Positions 50,263-59,528 of a stretch of 64,000 bases of DNA are shown in pieces. Numbering within the stretch: the stretch's first letter is position 1; every line of letters begins with the position of its first letter. The translations under genes were made by a program, and so were the position numbers. Source of the DNA: a virus (Duplodnaviria; Caudoviricetes); IMG/VR virus record IMGVR_UViG_2740891861_000008, positions 17,256 through 81,255 of that record; one strand, given 5' to 3'. The notes beneath the pieces are model-generated. The model was not told where the DNA came from. It made no database searches and saw nothing but the letters and a program-made list of their open reading frames with translations.

Positions 50263-51702
50263 ATGGCGTCGAAGTCCACCCTCAACGCAAAGAACCTGGA
50301 GGCGCTGGGCACTGAGCGTCTGGCGCAGCTGCTGATCGAGATCAGCACCGGCGATGCCGCTGCCAAGCGCAAGCTGCGCCTTGCCCTGGCCGGAGCAGAA
50401 GGCCCGAGGGAGGCGGCGCGGGAGATCGCCAAGCGGCTGACCAGCATCGCGAAGGCCCGGACCTTCGTGAACTGGCAGAACCGCAAGCCGCTGGTGAAGG
50501 ATCTTCAGACCCAGCGCAGCGCCATCATGGATGAGATCGCCCCGCATGATCCGGGTGAGGCTCTGGCGCTCTTGTGGCGGTTCATGGGGCTGGCCACGCC
50601 CGTGTTCGAACGCTGCGATGACAGCAGCGGCACCGTCATCGACATCTTCCACCAGGCCTGCGCCGATCTGGGCGAGGTGGCCAAGGCGGCTGATGCGGCG
50701 CCCGAGGCGCTGGCGCGGCAGGTTGTAGACGCGCTGCAGGACAACGGGTTTGGCCAGTATGACGGTTTGATCGCCATCATCGCCCCGGCGCTAGGCCCCG
50801 ACGGCGTTGCGCACCTCAAGGCACTGGTTGAAGAGCTCGGCCGCACGCCGGTGCCGGTGCCGCCAAAGAGCGAATGGCAGGCTGTCGGCTGGGGCAGTGG
50901 TGGCACGCGCTATGCCCACGAGATGGAGGAACGCGCGCGGCAGAGCACAGTGGAGATGGCGCTGAAGGACATTGCCGACGTGCAGGGCGACGTCGATGGC
51001 TTCATCGCGCAGTATGACCCGAAGACCCGCAAGGTGCCAAAGATCGCGGCCGAGATCGCGCAGCGCCTGCTGGCGGCCGGCAGGGCAGGGGACGCGCTTG
51101 GCTTCATCGAGCGGGCCGAGGTGAAAGATGCGCGCTGGATCCCGCCGGAGTGGCAGGACGCCCGACTTGCCGTGCTGGAGGCGCTCGACCGGAAGGATGA
51201 GGCGCAAGCATTCCGCTGGGCGTGCTTCGAGCGCGACCTGTCGGGTGAGCACCTGCGGGCCTACCTGAAGCGTCTGCCGGATTTCGACGATATCGACGCC
51301 GAGGAACGCGCGTTGGCGCATGCTGCTGGCCATACCGACCTGCTTGGCGCACTGGCCTTCTTCCTGAACTGGCCATCGCTGGCCCATGCCGCGCAATTGC
51401 TGATCGACCGGCAGGACGAGGTCGACGGCGATCACTACGAGTTCCTGGCCCCGGCGGCCGAGACACTGGCCGAGAAGCATCCGCTGGCGGCGACGGTGGC
51501 GCTGCGGGCGATGATCGATTTCACGCTGACCGAGGGGAGGCAGAAGCGCTATGGCTATGCCGCCCAGCACTTGGCAACCTGTGCCGATTTGGCCGGACGG
51601 ATCGAGGACTTCGGACCGGTTGAGCCGCACCTTGCCTACGCCGCGCGCCTGAAGGCCGAGCATGGCAAGAAGACCGGCTTCTGGTCAAAGATGGAGGAAT
51701 GA
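50263..51702 (+). CDS. DUF6880-like alpha-helical protein
   Basis: MASKSTLNAKNLEALG N terminus, RCDDSSG, HGKKTGFW C terminus. Confidence 0.75.
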   Translation: MASKSTLNAKNLEALGTERLAQLLIEISTGDAAAKRKLRLALAGAEGPREAAREIAKRLTSIAKARTFVNWQNRKPLVKDLQTQRSAIMDEIAPHDPGEALALLWRFMGLATPVFERCDDSSGTVIDIFHQACADLGEVAKAADAAPEALARQVVDALQDNGFGQYDGLIAIIAPALGPDGVAHLKALVEELGRTPVPVPPKSEWQAVGWGSGGTRYAHEMEERARQSTVEMALKDIADVQGDVDGFIAQYDPKTRKVPKIAAEIAQRLLAAGRAGDALGFIERAEVKDARWIPPEWQDARLAVLEALDRKDEAQAFRWACFERDLSGEHLRAYLKRLPDFDDIDAEERALAHAAGHTDLLGALAFFLNWPSLAHAAQLLIDRQDEVDGDHYEFLAPAAETLAEKHPLAATVALRAMIDFTLTEGRQKRYGYAAQHLATCADLAGRIEDFGPVEPHLAYAARLKAEHGKKTGFWSKMEE

Positions 51703-51737
51703 TGGACGTGCTACCGGAAAATCATTCCGCCACCCAT

Positions 51738-51756
51738 TGGAAGCATGGTGGAAGCA
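51738..51756 (+). repeat. Putative integrase arm sites TGGAAGCA x2, right end of element 2
   Basis: Copies at 51738 and 51749. Confidence 0.7.
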
Positions 51757-51885
51757 CAAGGGGGAAAACGGCTGCGCAATCCTGACAATCCGCGCGAAGG
51801 CCGCCCTCGGGGACCCGGCTTGCAACAGGCGGAAACCGCGCAACAACTCGCGATCCTGCGCGATTGTTCATGGTTCGTTCGGCAC

Positions 51886-51932
51886 GGCTCATAACCTGAA
51901 GGCCGCAGGTTCAAATCCTGCCCCCGCAACCA
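51886..51932 (+). repeat. att site: 3' half of tRNA-fMet, copy 2
   Basis: GGCTCATAACCTGAAGGCCGCAGGTTCAAATCCTGCCCCCGCAACCA. Confidence 0.92.
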
Positions 51933-52130
51933 GTTTTTCCATCAAGATATCAAAGGTTTAGGAAAAAGCACAGCGCCCCACGGCGCGCTTTTTGCGTTGC
52001 AACACGCCACAACACATTGCCCAAAGATTCCAAACCCTTACGATCACCCCCGATTCCTCCGTGCAACACCCATGCGACACAGTTCGGCGAGGTGTTCGCC
52101 GAACATTCTCGTCGACCTTTGCGGCGCGCA

Positions 52131-53396
52131 TCAGGGCTCAAGCCATTCCCTGTCGGGACGAGCAAGCAAGCGAGCATTGTTGTAGGCTTGGTCAAGCGTC
52201 AGCACGGTTGAACTCAAGTAAGCAGTCTTCTCCTTGTTTTTCTCCACTGTCAGCGCAAGGTCGGCCTTCTTCGGCGTCGTGAGACAGATTGGAAGAAGAA
52301 GCTGCAATCTGCCAGGACCGCCTTTGTCCCGGAAGAACTGCGGAATCGCAACTTTGTAGTTCCGGTAGGCCCGCTTCTTGGTTTCGGCTTCCGCGGCGAT
52401 CAGCAGTTGGCGTGCAGTGTACTCGTTCTTCTGCAGTTCTTGTGGGAACCGATCTAGGCGAGCAAGCACATGGTCGATGTTGATGTGCAATTCGATACGC
52501 CGGTCGAAGATCAACTCGGCGGGGTCATCAAAGAACTCCGCCAAAGGAGGCATACGATCCCCGAAGGACGAAATGAAGTCTCTATCGCTCCTCTTAACCC
52601 ACCGCACTAGTTTCCAAGGTCTTTGCGCTGGATCCGAAAGCCTGCGTGCAAGGCCATAGATCTCCTCCTGGTTTTCGGTGACGAGGCCAGTGTTGAAGGC
52701 AAGCAGGCTCTCGTCAGCGCTCAGCACTACGCCCTTTTCCATTTCGAGCAGTCGTCGAAAAGTGTGTGACAAATAGCTTTCAAGGATTGGGTATTCAGTG
52801 TGGCTCTTTGTCAGCCGATAGTCCCATGGCTCATTCTCCGCCAAACCCTTGTCTTTCTCTCCTAGGCTTGCCTTCCAGTTTGCTCCGAAGAACTCGAAGT
52901 GATCGTGGAACGAATCACTATTGTCGGAACCTGGTTCAAAACCAACTCGCTTCGTATCGACAGCCGTTAGACCACGGTCACCTTGTTCAACAGAGTACTC
53001 GACGATATCGCCTGCACGCAAAGCGGAGCCAAAAGATGCAACATTGCCAGTGCTGCCAATGTGGACTTGACCGTCGTCGCCATCGATAAAGCCGAATTTC
53101 GTCGAATCGTTGTAAAACTTCACAACACCACGAAGGCGTTTGATCTCGGGTGTGCTGTCGTTCATGTGTGGATCGAGAATGACTTGGATTTTTGATGCTT
53201 GCTGACGCCCGTCCGGCAGTTCGCGAACTTCAAATTCTAGTCTAACGCCCTTTCTGAGACTGTCTGGGTTGTCAACAAACGCGTCCTTGACATAAATGTT
53301 CTTGCTCCGGTCACCGTCTGCGCCATCCGGTTCAATGTGACCGAATCGATAACCAGTTGGATGGGTCTTCCAGCCGAGGAACGTGCCGTTTGCCAT
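52131..53396 (-). CDS. Two cold-shock-like OB domains plus DUF3825-like domain
   Basis: RFGHI and KFGFI RNP-like motifs; FNTGL, AIPQF, QLLLPICL, AYNNARL; low GC. Confidence 0.75.
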   Translation of the reverse strand: MANGTFLGWKTHPTGYRFGHIEPDGADGDRSKNIYVKDAFVDNPDSLRKGVRLEFEVRELPDGRQQASKIQVILDPHMNDSTPEIKRLRGVVKFYNDSTKFGFIDGDDGQVHIGSTGNVASFGSALRAGDIVEYSVEQGDRGLTAVDTKRVGFEPGSDNSDSFHDHFEFFGANWKASLGEKDKGLAENEPWDYRLTKSHTEYPILESYLSHTFRRLLEMEKGVVLSADESLLAFNTGLVTENQEEIYGLARRLSDPAQRPWKLVRWVKRSDRDFISSFGDRMPPLAEFFDDPAELIFDRRIELHINIDHVLARLDRFPQELQKNEYTARQLLIAAEAETKKRAYRNYKVAIPQFFRDKGGPGRLQLLLPICLTTPKKADLALTVEKNKEKTAYLSSTVLTLDQAYNNARLLARPDREWLEP

Positions 53397-53477
53397 TTTA
53401 ATTCCGCAGTTTAGGGGTGTGTTGTGACGTCACGAGCGAACAACCCTGACCATAGGTCAGTGGAGTGCACAGAAGCA

Positions 53478-53503
53478 AGCGGCCCAAATTCAATCGGGCC
53501 GCT
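53478..53503. terminator. Inverted repeat/terminator
   Basis: AGCGGCCC-N10-GGGCCGCT. Confidence 0.45.
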
Positions 53504-53517
53504 GCTCGCACAGCAGG

Positions 53518-53685
53518 CTATCGCCAAGTTTTTGGGGTTTTTGAACCGCGTCGTGCCTGCGCAGTTGTGCGCGGCTTCCACTTGTCCGGGTTAGTTGCAG
53601 CTGAGCCTTTGCCGTAGCCGCGACCCGGTTTTCCCTTGCTACCAGATTTTTGAAGGCCCTGGACTAGCCATCCGATCAGTCGCAT
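53518..53685 (-). CDS. Small basic hypothetical protein (MRLIGW..., 55 aa)
   Basis: AGAGGAG RBS before ATG; followed by a hairpin. Confidence 0.4.
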   Translation of the reverse strand: MRLIGWLVQGLQKSGSKGKPGRGYGKGSAATNPDKWKPRTTAQARRGSKTPKTWR

Positions 53686-53798
53686 TTTGGTCTCCTCTTT
53701 GCGGAATATCACCCGGAGACCTAGAGTGAGTTCCGTAGCAAAAGGCATTGTGTCCGTCAATGCTGAATATTCGTTGGCGTCGGCCAGACTGTAGGGGC

Positions 53799-55868
53799 CT
53801 ACGCCGCCACCGTTGCCACGCCATCGAGGCGCACAGCGACGCTGGTGCTGCCATTCCCTGCCGCCTCGGTCGCCACGCCCACGAGGAAGCGCCCAGCGCC
53901 CGGCACATTGATGTTCTTTGCCGTGTTGTCCCAGGCAACGCGCGCGCCGATCCGTACCTTCAGACTGGTCTGCGTCATCGCCTGGCAAATCAACTCGCCG
54001 CCCAGCGGTTCCTCGCAGTTGTCGATGGCGATCAGCACGTCGCCTGCGATCAGGGCTGCACCGAGCCGCTTTTCCATCTCCTCCTCGGTCTTGCCCTGCG
54101 CGATGACCGGCGCGGGGCGTGCGGTGGCGATCATGCTGGCGATGTCGACCAGCATGGATTTGCCGGTGCCAGCGGTCGGCGCGTTGAACCCGTGCAGCGG
54201 TGCCGTGGGCAGCGAACGGCGGATCAAAGTGGTCAGGATGGCCGACAGCGCCACGGAGCGGTCGGCGGGCGTCACGAAGGGGAAGCTGCCGATCAGGTCA
54301 CGCAGGAAGGCCAGCGCGCGCACGGCCGTGTCGCGGTCGGGCTCGCGCGGCAGAAGGGGGAAGCGTTCACCCTGCGGGTCGAACAGGAGGCCCGTCTGCG
54401 CGTCATAGCCCGGTTGGTCGAGGATCGAGCCATCCTCGCGCAGCGTGGGCGCGTTGATGATCCCGGTCAGCACCGGCAGACGCCACTGGCCCTCACGCGC
54501 CAGATAGGTTTCTGCGAGGCGCTGAGAGCAGTCGGTGGGGATCCAGTCCCCGGCACGCATGTCGTAGCGTTCCCAATATGCGGCCTTGGTGAAGGCCTCG
54601 GCCATGTGGTGGGCCCGGACATGGATGAGGCGCGGCGCGTCGATCTGCCTGCCGCCCGAGATCGCCACCGGCACCATGGCCGGGCGCACGACAATGCTGC
54701 CGCGCTGGTAGAGGCCCAGCCCTGCCCCCAGCAGCGCCTGTTCCGCCTCGTCGATGGTCTCGGGCATCATGCCCGCGCGGATGCGAATGAGAGGGCGGTT
54801 GCCCTCGGCCGCGCCATCGTCGGACGCCTCCCGGCTGGGGTGGGTCGTGCGCACGCGGCGGTGTTTCTCGGCCCGCCAGCCGTTCTGCCGGGCCAGCCAG
54901 AAGAGGGTGCCTACCGTGACATTGCGCACGGTGGCGAAGCTGTCCCACTTCTGCGCGGTGTGGGCGGGGTCGTTCTTCGCGGCCTCCGCCGACCAGGCCT
55001 CCCACAGGGCGCGGCCATCGGGGCCGAGCGCAGCATAGAGGGCGAGACCCACCTTGATCCAGTCGTCATAGGGCAGGTCGTTGTTCGGGATATGGGCGAT
55101 GGCCTCCGCGATCAGATCCTGTGACGGCGCTTCTTTCGGCTTAAGGCCCGCGACCTTGCGCCCCTCGCGGTCGATGTCGCGCTTCTCTGTGCTGGTCTGG
55201 CCGCCCGCCTTGCGCAACGCCTGCTCGGCGGCGGCGATGAAGGCGGCGCAGGTGTCGCGGCTGACCAAGGGCAGATCGGCCAGCGGCACATTGAGCGGCG
55301 AGCGGTCGGGCCAGTGGTAGGGCGCCTTCGTGCCCGGGTGGATGCCGAAGCCCACGAACTGCTGCCCGGTCGCCAGCACCTCAACGCGCGCCACCGTGCC
55401 GTCCAGCATCTGGAACTCGCTGGTCTGCACCTTGTCGAAGGGCGCATCGGTGCGGAAGGCAAGCAGGCATTTCGGGGCCTTGCCGATGCGCAGGAGCGGC
55501 GTCGGGCCGAGCATCGCCAAGCCCATGTCCCGCAGCCGGTCTGCCTGGCCTGCGTCCAGCACGTCGATATCGACGCCGACCAGATCGCCGCAGAGAAGCC
55601 CGGTGTTGGTGCAGTTGCGCTGCGCCCGCGCCCAGCGGGCGATCTCGGCCTCGTCGGCGCTGGCGCAGACCGTCTCCCATCCCTTCATCATCGGCCGCTT
55701 GCCCGCCGCCTTCATCGCGACATGCGCGCCAAGCACCGGCACCGGGCGATAGCCGTTGCGATGAAGCGCCAGGCGCAGGTCGGTCGGATCCTCGGGCAGG
55801 GCAATGGGGAACGCGCCGCCTGCGTCATCGCCGGTCGTGTCGTCGGTCAGGCGGGTCGCGTCCTCCAT
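53799..55868 (-). pseudogene. Bifunctional primase-polymerase/PriCT-2 protein fused in frame to a DUF2190-like capsid-cement C terminus
   Basis: GKRP, NTGL..DID, YDDWIKVG, AGTGKS; switches at ATC (53949-51) to GARVAWD..VRLDG. Confidence 0.8.
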
Positions 55869-55870
55869 GG

Positions 55871-56206
55871 TCAATCCTCCTCCACCAGGTCCCACATCGC
55901 GAAGTCGTCGTTCCAGCGTTCTTCATACCCGGCCAGGCTGCCGATCAGGCGCTGCGGCCCGTAGTAGACCCGCTCGGCGATGTGGCGCGGATCGCGGTCC
56001 CGCGGCGTCGTGACCCGGAGCGTGCAGTCCAATTCCGACCGCAGCCGGTCCAGCGCGGCAACCGCCTGTCGCGCCTCGATGTGGGGCGAGGTGCCGGGCA
56101 GGGACTGCCGCACGACATACATGAGCACATCGCGACAGCCCCGGATGCGATTGCCCAGCACCACATGATCGTCGGTGGTGATGTCGAGAAGCCAGTCCTC
56201 GCTCAT
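55871..56206 (-). CDS. Hypothetical protein (start MSEDWL)
   Basis: 111 aa, ATGA-coupled, GGAGG RBS. Confidence 0.65.
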   Translation of the reverse strand: MSEDWLLDITTDDHVVLGNRIRGCRDVLMYVVRQSLPGTSPHIEARQAVAALDRLRSELDCTLRVTTPRDRDPRHIAERVYYGPQRLIGSLAGYEERWNDDFAMWDLVEED

Positions 56207-56448
56207 TGCGCGCCCTCCTGCATCTCGATCCAGCCGAGCAGCCGGGATTTCCGCGCACAGATGACATTGCCCATCCGGAAGACCGGCAGCTTCACCTTGG
56301 CCTCGCTGGCGTAGTAATAGACCTTCCGTCGCTGCCCCGCGTCGCCGAAGACGAATTGCGCAATGGCGTCCGCACCGCGCAACAGATCGTCGGCCAGCGC
56401 CGGGCAAGCCTCTCCCGTGGCGGGACGAGCCCGCATTCCTTCCTGCAT
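56203..56448 (-). CDS. Excisionase-like DNA-binding protein
   Basis: DLLRGADAIA..RRKVYY..LPVFRMG..ARKSRL motif. Confidence 0.75.
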   Translation of the reverse strand: MQEGMRARPATGEACPALADDLLRGADAIAQFVFGDAGQRRKVYYYASEAKVKLPVFRMGNVICARKSRLLGWIEMQEGAQ

Positions 56449-56459
56449 GTCCTGTCCTC

Positions 56460-57125
56460 CTAGGTGCGGATCAGCGCGCCCAGCGCGTTGATCGTTCTGT
56501 AGCCGACGGCGAAGGTGATCATGGCATCTCCGCCGACACTGAAATCCTCTTGTTCCCTTTGCTCCCGCTCGGGACCTTCCGGCAATTCGAACTGGGCCAG
56601 AAGCGCAAGTTGTGGGTAGCCAAGGCCCGCATTGTCGTTCTGGAAAGCGATCTTCCCTGTCAGAAATCGCCGCTCGATCTCGACGCGCAGATATGGATCG
56701 CGCATTCCCGCCATGGCTTGGGTCAGGGTGCCGAGACGAACCCCTTCAATCAGGGAAGCCACGGTTTCCCCGAAGCTCTGCTCTTCGTTCCCATCAGGCA
56801 TTAGGATGTCGAGGATGGCTTCGGGAAGATCGGCCCAGCCCTCACGCTTTTCGGCTGGCAGCCCAAGTTTCGTGTCGATTTCCTCCATCACCAGCGGCCA
56901 GTATGCTTCGACGGCACTGGCAGCGTCCTTGACCTGATCGGCCGCCATGATCGCGATCAGCAGCCGCGCGCAGTCCGTCGCGGTCATCTGCGCTGCGCCC
57001 GGTCCTCTTCCCCCCGACGAGATCAGTTTGGCCTCACGCAGGTGCCGCGCATACATCGCCACCGTCTGCTCCGGCATTGGCAGAACCTGTGCCAGTGTGG
57101 GGATGAGATCGCTCAGCTTGGCCAT
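56460..57125 (-). CDS. Hypothetical regulator-like protein
   Basis: N-terminal TVAMYARHLREAKLI..GGRG, divergent from the integrase. Confidence 0.6.
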   Translation of the reverse strand: MAKLSDLIPTLAQVLPMPEQTVAMYARHLREAKLISSGGRGPGAAQMTATDCARLLIAIMAADQVKDAASAVEAYWPLVMEEIDTKLGLPAEKREGWADLPEAILDILMPDGNEEQSFGETVASLIEGVRLGTLTQAMAGMRDPYLRVEIERRFLTGKIAFQNDNAGLGYPQLALLAQFELPEGPEREQREQEDFSVGGDAMITFAVGYRTINALGALIRT

Positions 57126-57306
57126 CAGCGCAGATGTCTCCTCGGGGTGTTTCGGACCATAACTCCAAAACTACTGGCGCACAAGATGGTTTCAGAGTAA
57201 AAGTCCAAAACAGGTATCCGGCCCGGTCTTTCCCCTCGCCAACTCGGCAGACCCATGGCAACACCGCAGGCTGACCGGATCAACCCATTGTTAGAGCGAG
57301 GAAATC

Positions 57307-58410
57307 ATGGCCACGATCCGCAAACGCACGCTGCCCTCGGGCCTGGTTCGGTGGCAGGTGGATTTCACCGACCAAGCGGGCAAGCGGCGGTCAAAGCTGT
57401 TCCCGCGCCGCAAGGACGCCGACGTCTATCTGGTCAAGGTCCGCTCGCTGGTCGCCAACCACACCTACCTGGCCGACAGCGACAGCACGACAGTGGCCGA
57501 TGCCGCGAAGGCGTGGCTCGACCATTGCGAGGTGCGCTGCAAGACGGGGCGGCGGATGGAGCGGTCCACCCTGCGCGGTTACAGCGACTATGTGCGCCTG
57601 CACATCACCGCGCCCGACATCGGTATCGGGGACAAGCTGATCGCCCAACTGACTCGCCGCCACGTCAACGAGTTCCGCGACCGCATGCTGCTGAACGGCC
57701 GGTCCGAGCATCTGACCCGGCGCGCGCTGTCGGTGCTGAAGCTGTTGCTCGACCACGCCATCGATAATGGCCAGTTGTTCACCAACGCCGCCCAAGGGGT
57801 GCGGGTGATCAAGTCCAGCCGGATCGAACACAAAGCCCCGGTGCCGACCAAGGAAGCGATCCGCGCCCTCATCGAGGCGGCCGACGAGGATTTCAAACCG
57901 CATCTGATCGTGTCGGCGCTGGGCGGCTTGCGCGCCTCCGAACTGCGGGGTCTTCGCTGGACCGATGTGGATTTCGACAAGGGCTTCCTGCACATCCGCC
58001 AGCGCGCCGACGCCTACAACCAGATGGGCGAGCCGAAATCGCGAGCAGGTTTCCGTGACATCCCGGCCGGGCCCATGGTGCTGAACGCCCTGCGCCGCTG
58101 GAAACTGCGCTGCCCGAAGAACGCCCTCGACCTCGTTTTCCCCGCGCCGCAGGGCGGGATCCTCCAGCACACCAAGACCCAAGCCCGGTTCCGCAAGCTG
58201 CTGGATAAGGTCGAGGTCACGATGCGCTGGCACGACCTGCGCCACTTCGCCGTGTCGCTGTGGATCGAGCAGGGCTTCTCGATCAAGGAGGTGATGACCT
58301 TCGCGGGCCACTCCTCCATCCAGATGACCATGGAACGCTACGGCCACCTGTTCCCGTCACCCGACCACCAGAAGGCCATGGCGATGGTGGAGGCGAAGCT
58401 GCTGGGGTGA
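57307..58410 (+). CDS. Tyrosine integrase
   Basis: GLRASE, HDLRH, AGH, ERYGH. Confidence 0.95.
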   Translation: MATIRKRTLPSGLVRWQVDFTDQAGKRRSKLFPRRKDADVYLVKVRSLVANHTYLADSDSTTVADAAKAWLDHCEVRCKTGRRMERSTLRGYSDYVRLHITAPDIGIGDKLIAQLTRRHVNEFRDRMLLNGRSEHLTRRALSVLKLLLDHAIDNGQLFTNAAQGVRVIKSSRIEHKAPVPTKEAIRALIEAADEDFKPHLIVSALGGLRASELRGLRWTDVDFDKGFLHIRQRADAYNQMGEPKSRAGFRDIPAGPMVLNALRRWKLRCPKNALDLVFPAPQGGILQHTKTQARFRKLLDKVEVTMRWHDLRHFAVSLWIEQGFSIKEVMTFAGHSSIQMTMERYGHLFPSPDHQKAMAMVEAKLLG

Positions 58411-58466
58411 CAGGGGAGAATACGCAAGGTATCCATTGGGTTAAAGTCCTTTGGAAATCGCCTGAC

Positions 58467-59075
58467 ATGAACATTGCACCCGATGCGCCCGATGAAAACG
58501 AAGAGGACGTGGTCCTGACCCGCGAGGAACCTGCTGGCGACTCCGGATTCATCAAGTTCTATGGGCTGTATTGGCGGAAAGATCTGATCGAATGGAACGC
58601 GCGGCAACTTCTCGGCCAGCCGGGAGGCTGGATGGGGAAGGGGAAGGTTGCTGCGAACTTTGACAGACGGAAGCTCCAGATGAATTTCTGGGGTCAGAAA
58701 GGGGTCTATGTACTCTACGACGACTCCTTGCATCCAGTTTATGCCGGCCAGGCAGGATTGACCCGGCGCGATTCAGCGGGCGGTCAGGCGATTGGCGACC
58801 GTCTCAACATGCATCGGCAGGGCGTGTATCGGAACGGCTGGAGCCTGTTTTCGTGGTTCGGCTTCATGGAAGTCGACAAGTTCAACCTGAAGACCGAGAA
58901 GGATGAAGCGCGACGACTGTCGCCAAGGTGGGAGTTCAAGGCGCAAGGGGAAAGCAATCTGAACTTGCTGCTCGCCTCCTTCGAAGCGATCTTGATCGAA
59001 GGGTTCGCGCCACGGTTCAATGCACGCGGCGGAGATTTGAAGAAGGCGGTCTTAGTGAACCAGTTCGAGAACTGA
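58467..59075 (+). CDS. GIY-YIG family nuclease
   Basis: GVYVLY..VYAGQ..DRL..H..EAILI..PRFN. Confidence 0.75.
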   Translation: MNIAPDAPDENEEDVVLTREEPAGDSGFIKFYGLYWRKDLIEWNARQLLGQPGGWMGKGKVAANFDRRKLQMNFWGQKGVYVLYDDSLHPVYAGQAGLTRRDSAGGQAIGDRLNMHRQGVYRNGWSLFSWFGFMEVDKFNLKTEKDEARRLSPRWEFKAQGESNLNLLLASFEAILIEGFAPRFNARGGDLKKAVLVNQFEN

Positions 59076-59203
59076 GCGCGGTCTGATTCCCGTTTCGTCC
59101 CAATGGTTTGCGGCTGCTCCGTGCGACACGACGCCGACGTTGCGACCTCGAAAATCGTCTAACAAACGGAAATCACGGGCTTATTTTAGAGGGATGGGTA
59201 GCC

Positions 59204-59248
59204 CTCATAACCTGAAGGCCGCAGGTTCAAATCCTGCCCCCGCAACCA
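59204..59248 (+). repeat. att site: 3' half of tRNA-fMet, copy 3
   Basis: Begins exactly at the anticodon loop CTCATAA and ends CCA. Confidence 0.92.
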
Positions 59249-59277
59249 AAATACTTAAATATATCAGAGCCTTGCGC

Positions 59278-59299
59278 AGCGCCCTCCGGGGCGCTTTCT
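59278..59299 (+). terminator. Hairpin after att copy 3
   Basis: AGCGCCC-TCCG-GGGCGCT-TTCT. Confidence 0.6.
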
Positions 59300-59528
59300 G
59301 CATTCGCGCACCCAACATCAACGCCACATCAACACCCAGCCAGAAAAACCGCGCTAGCACGCATAAGCGCGCAGTCGCAGGCAATGGCGGGCAACTCGCA
59401 GTTGCGCACCTCCTTGCTTCCCGCCATCATCGGCCCGTAGTTCCAGACGGTGAATTGACGACGACGGATTTTGCCCTCGGCTTCCTGACCTTGGAACGTC
59501 ACCATTCGGCGAGGCAGGCGGCGGTACG

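Larger units (their letters stand above)
36925..51885. mobile_element. Element 2: decayed defence island with fragments of a second prophage
   Basis: Bounded by tRNA fragments; integrase near right end; paired TGGAAGCA repeats at both ends. Confidence 0.8.
51933..59203. mobile_element. Element 3: internally deleted phage/satellite-like element
   Basis: Between att copies; integrase, regulator, excisionase, primase; CTCCGTGCRACAC at both ends (52057, 59117). Confidence 0.8.

Noticed and set aside
36878-59248. tRNA-Met genes at 36878, 51886 and 59204
   Set aside because: Only 3' halves; acceptor 5' strand and D arm are absent, so they are att remnants
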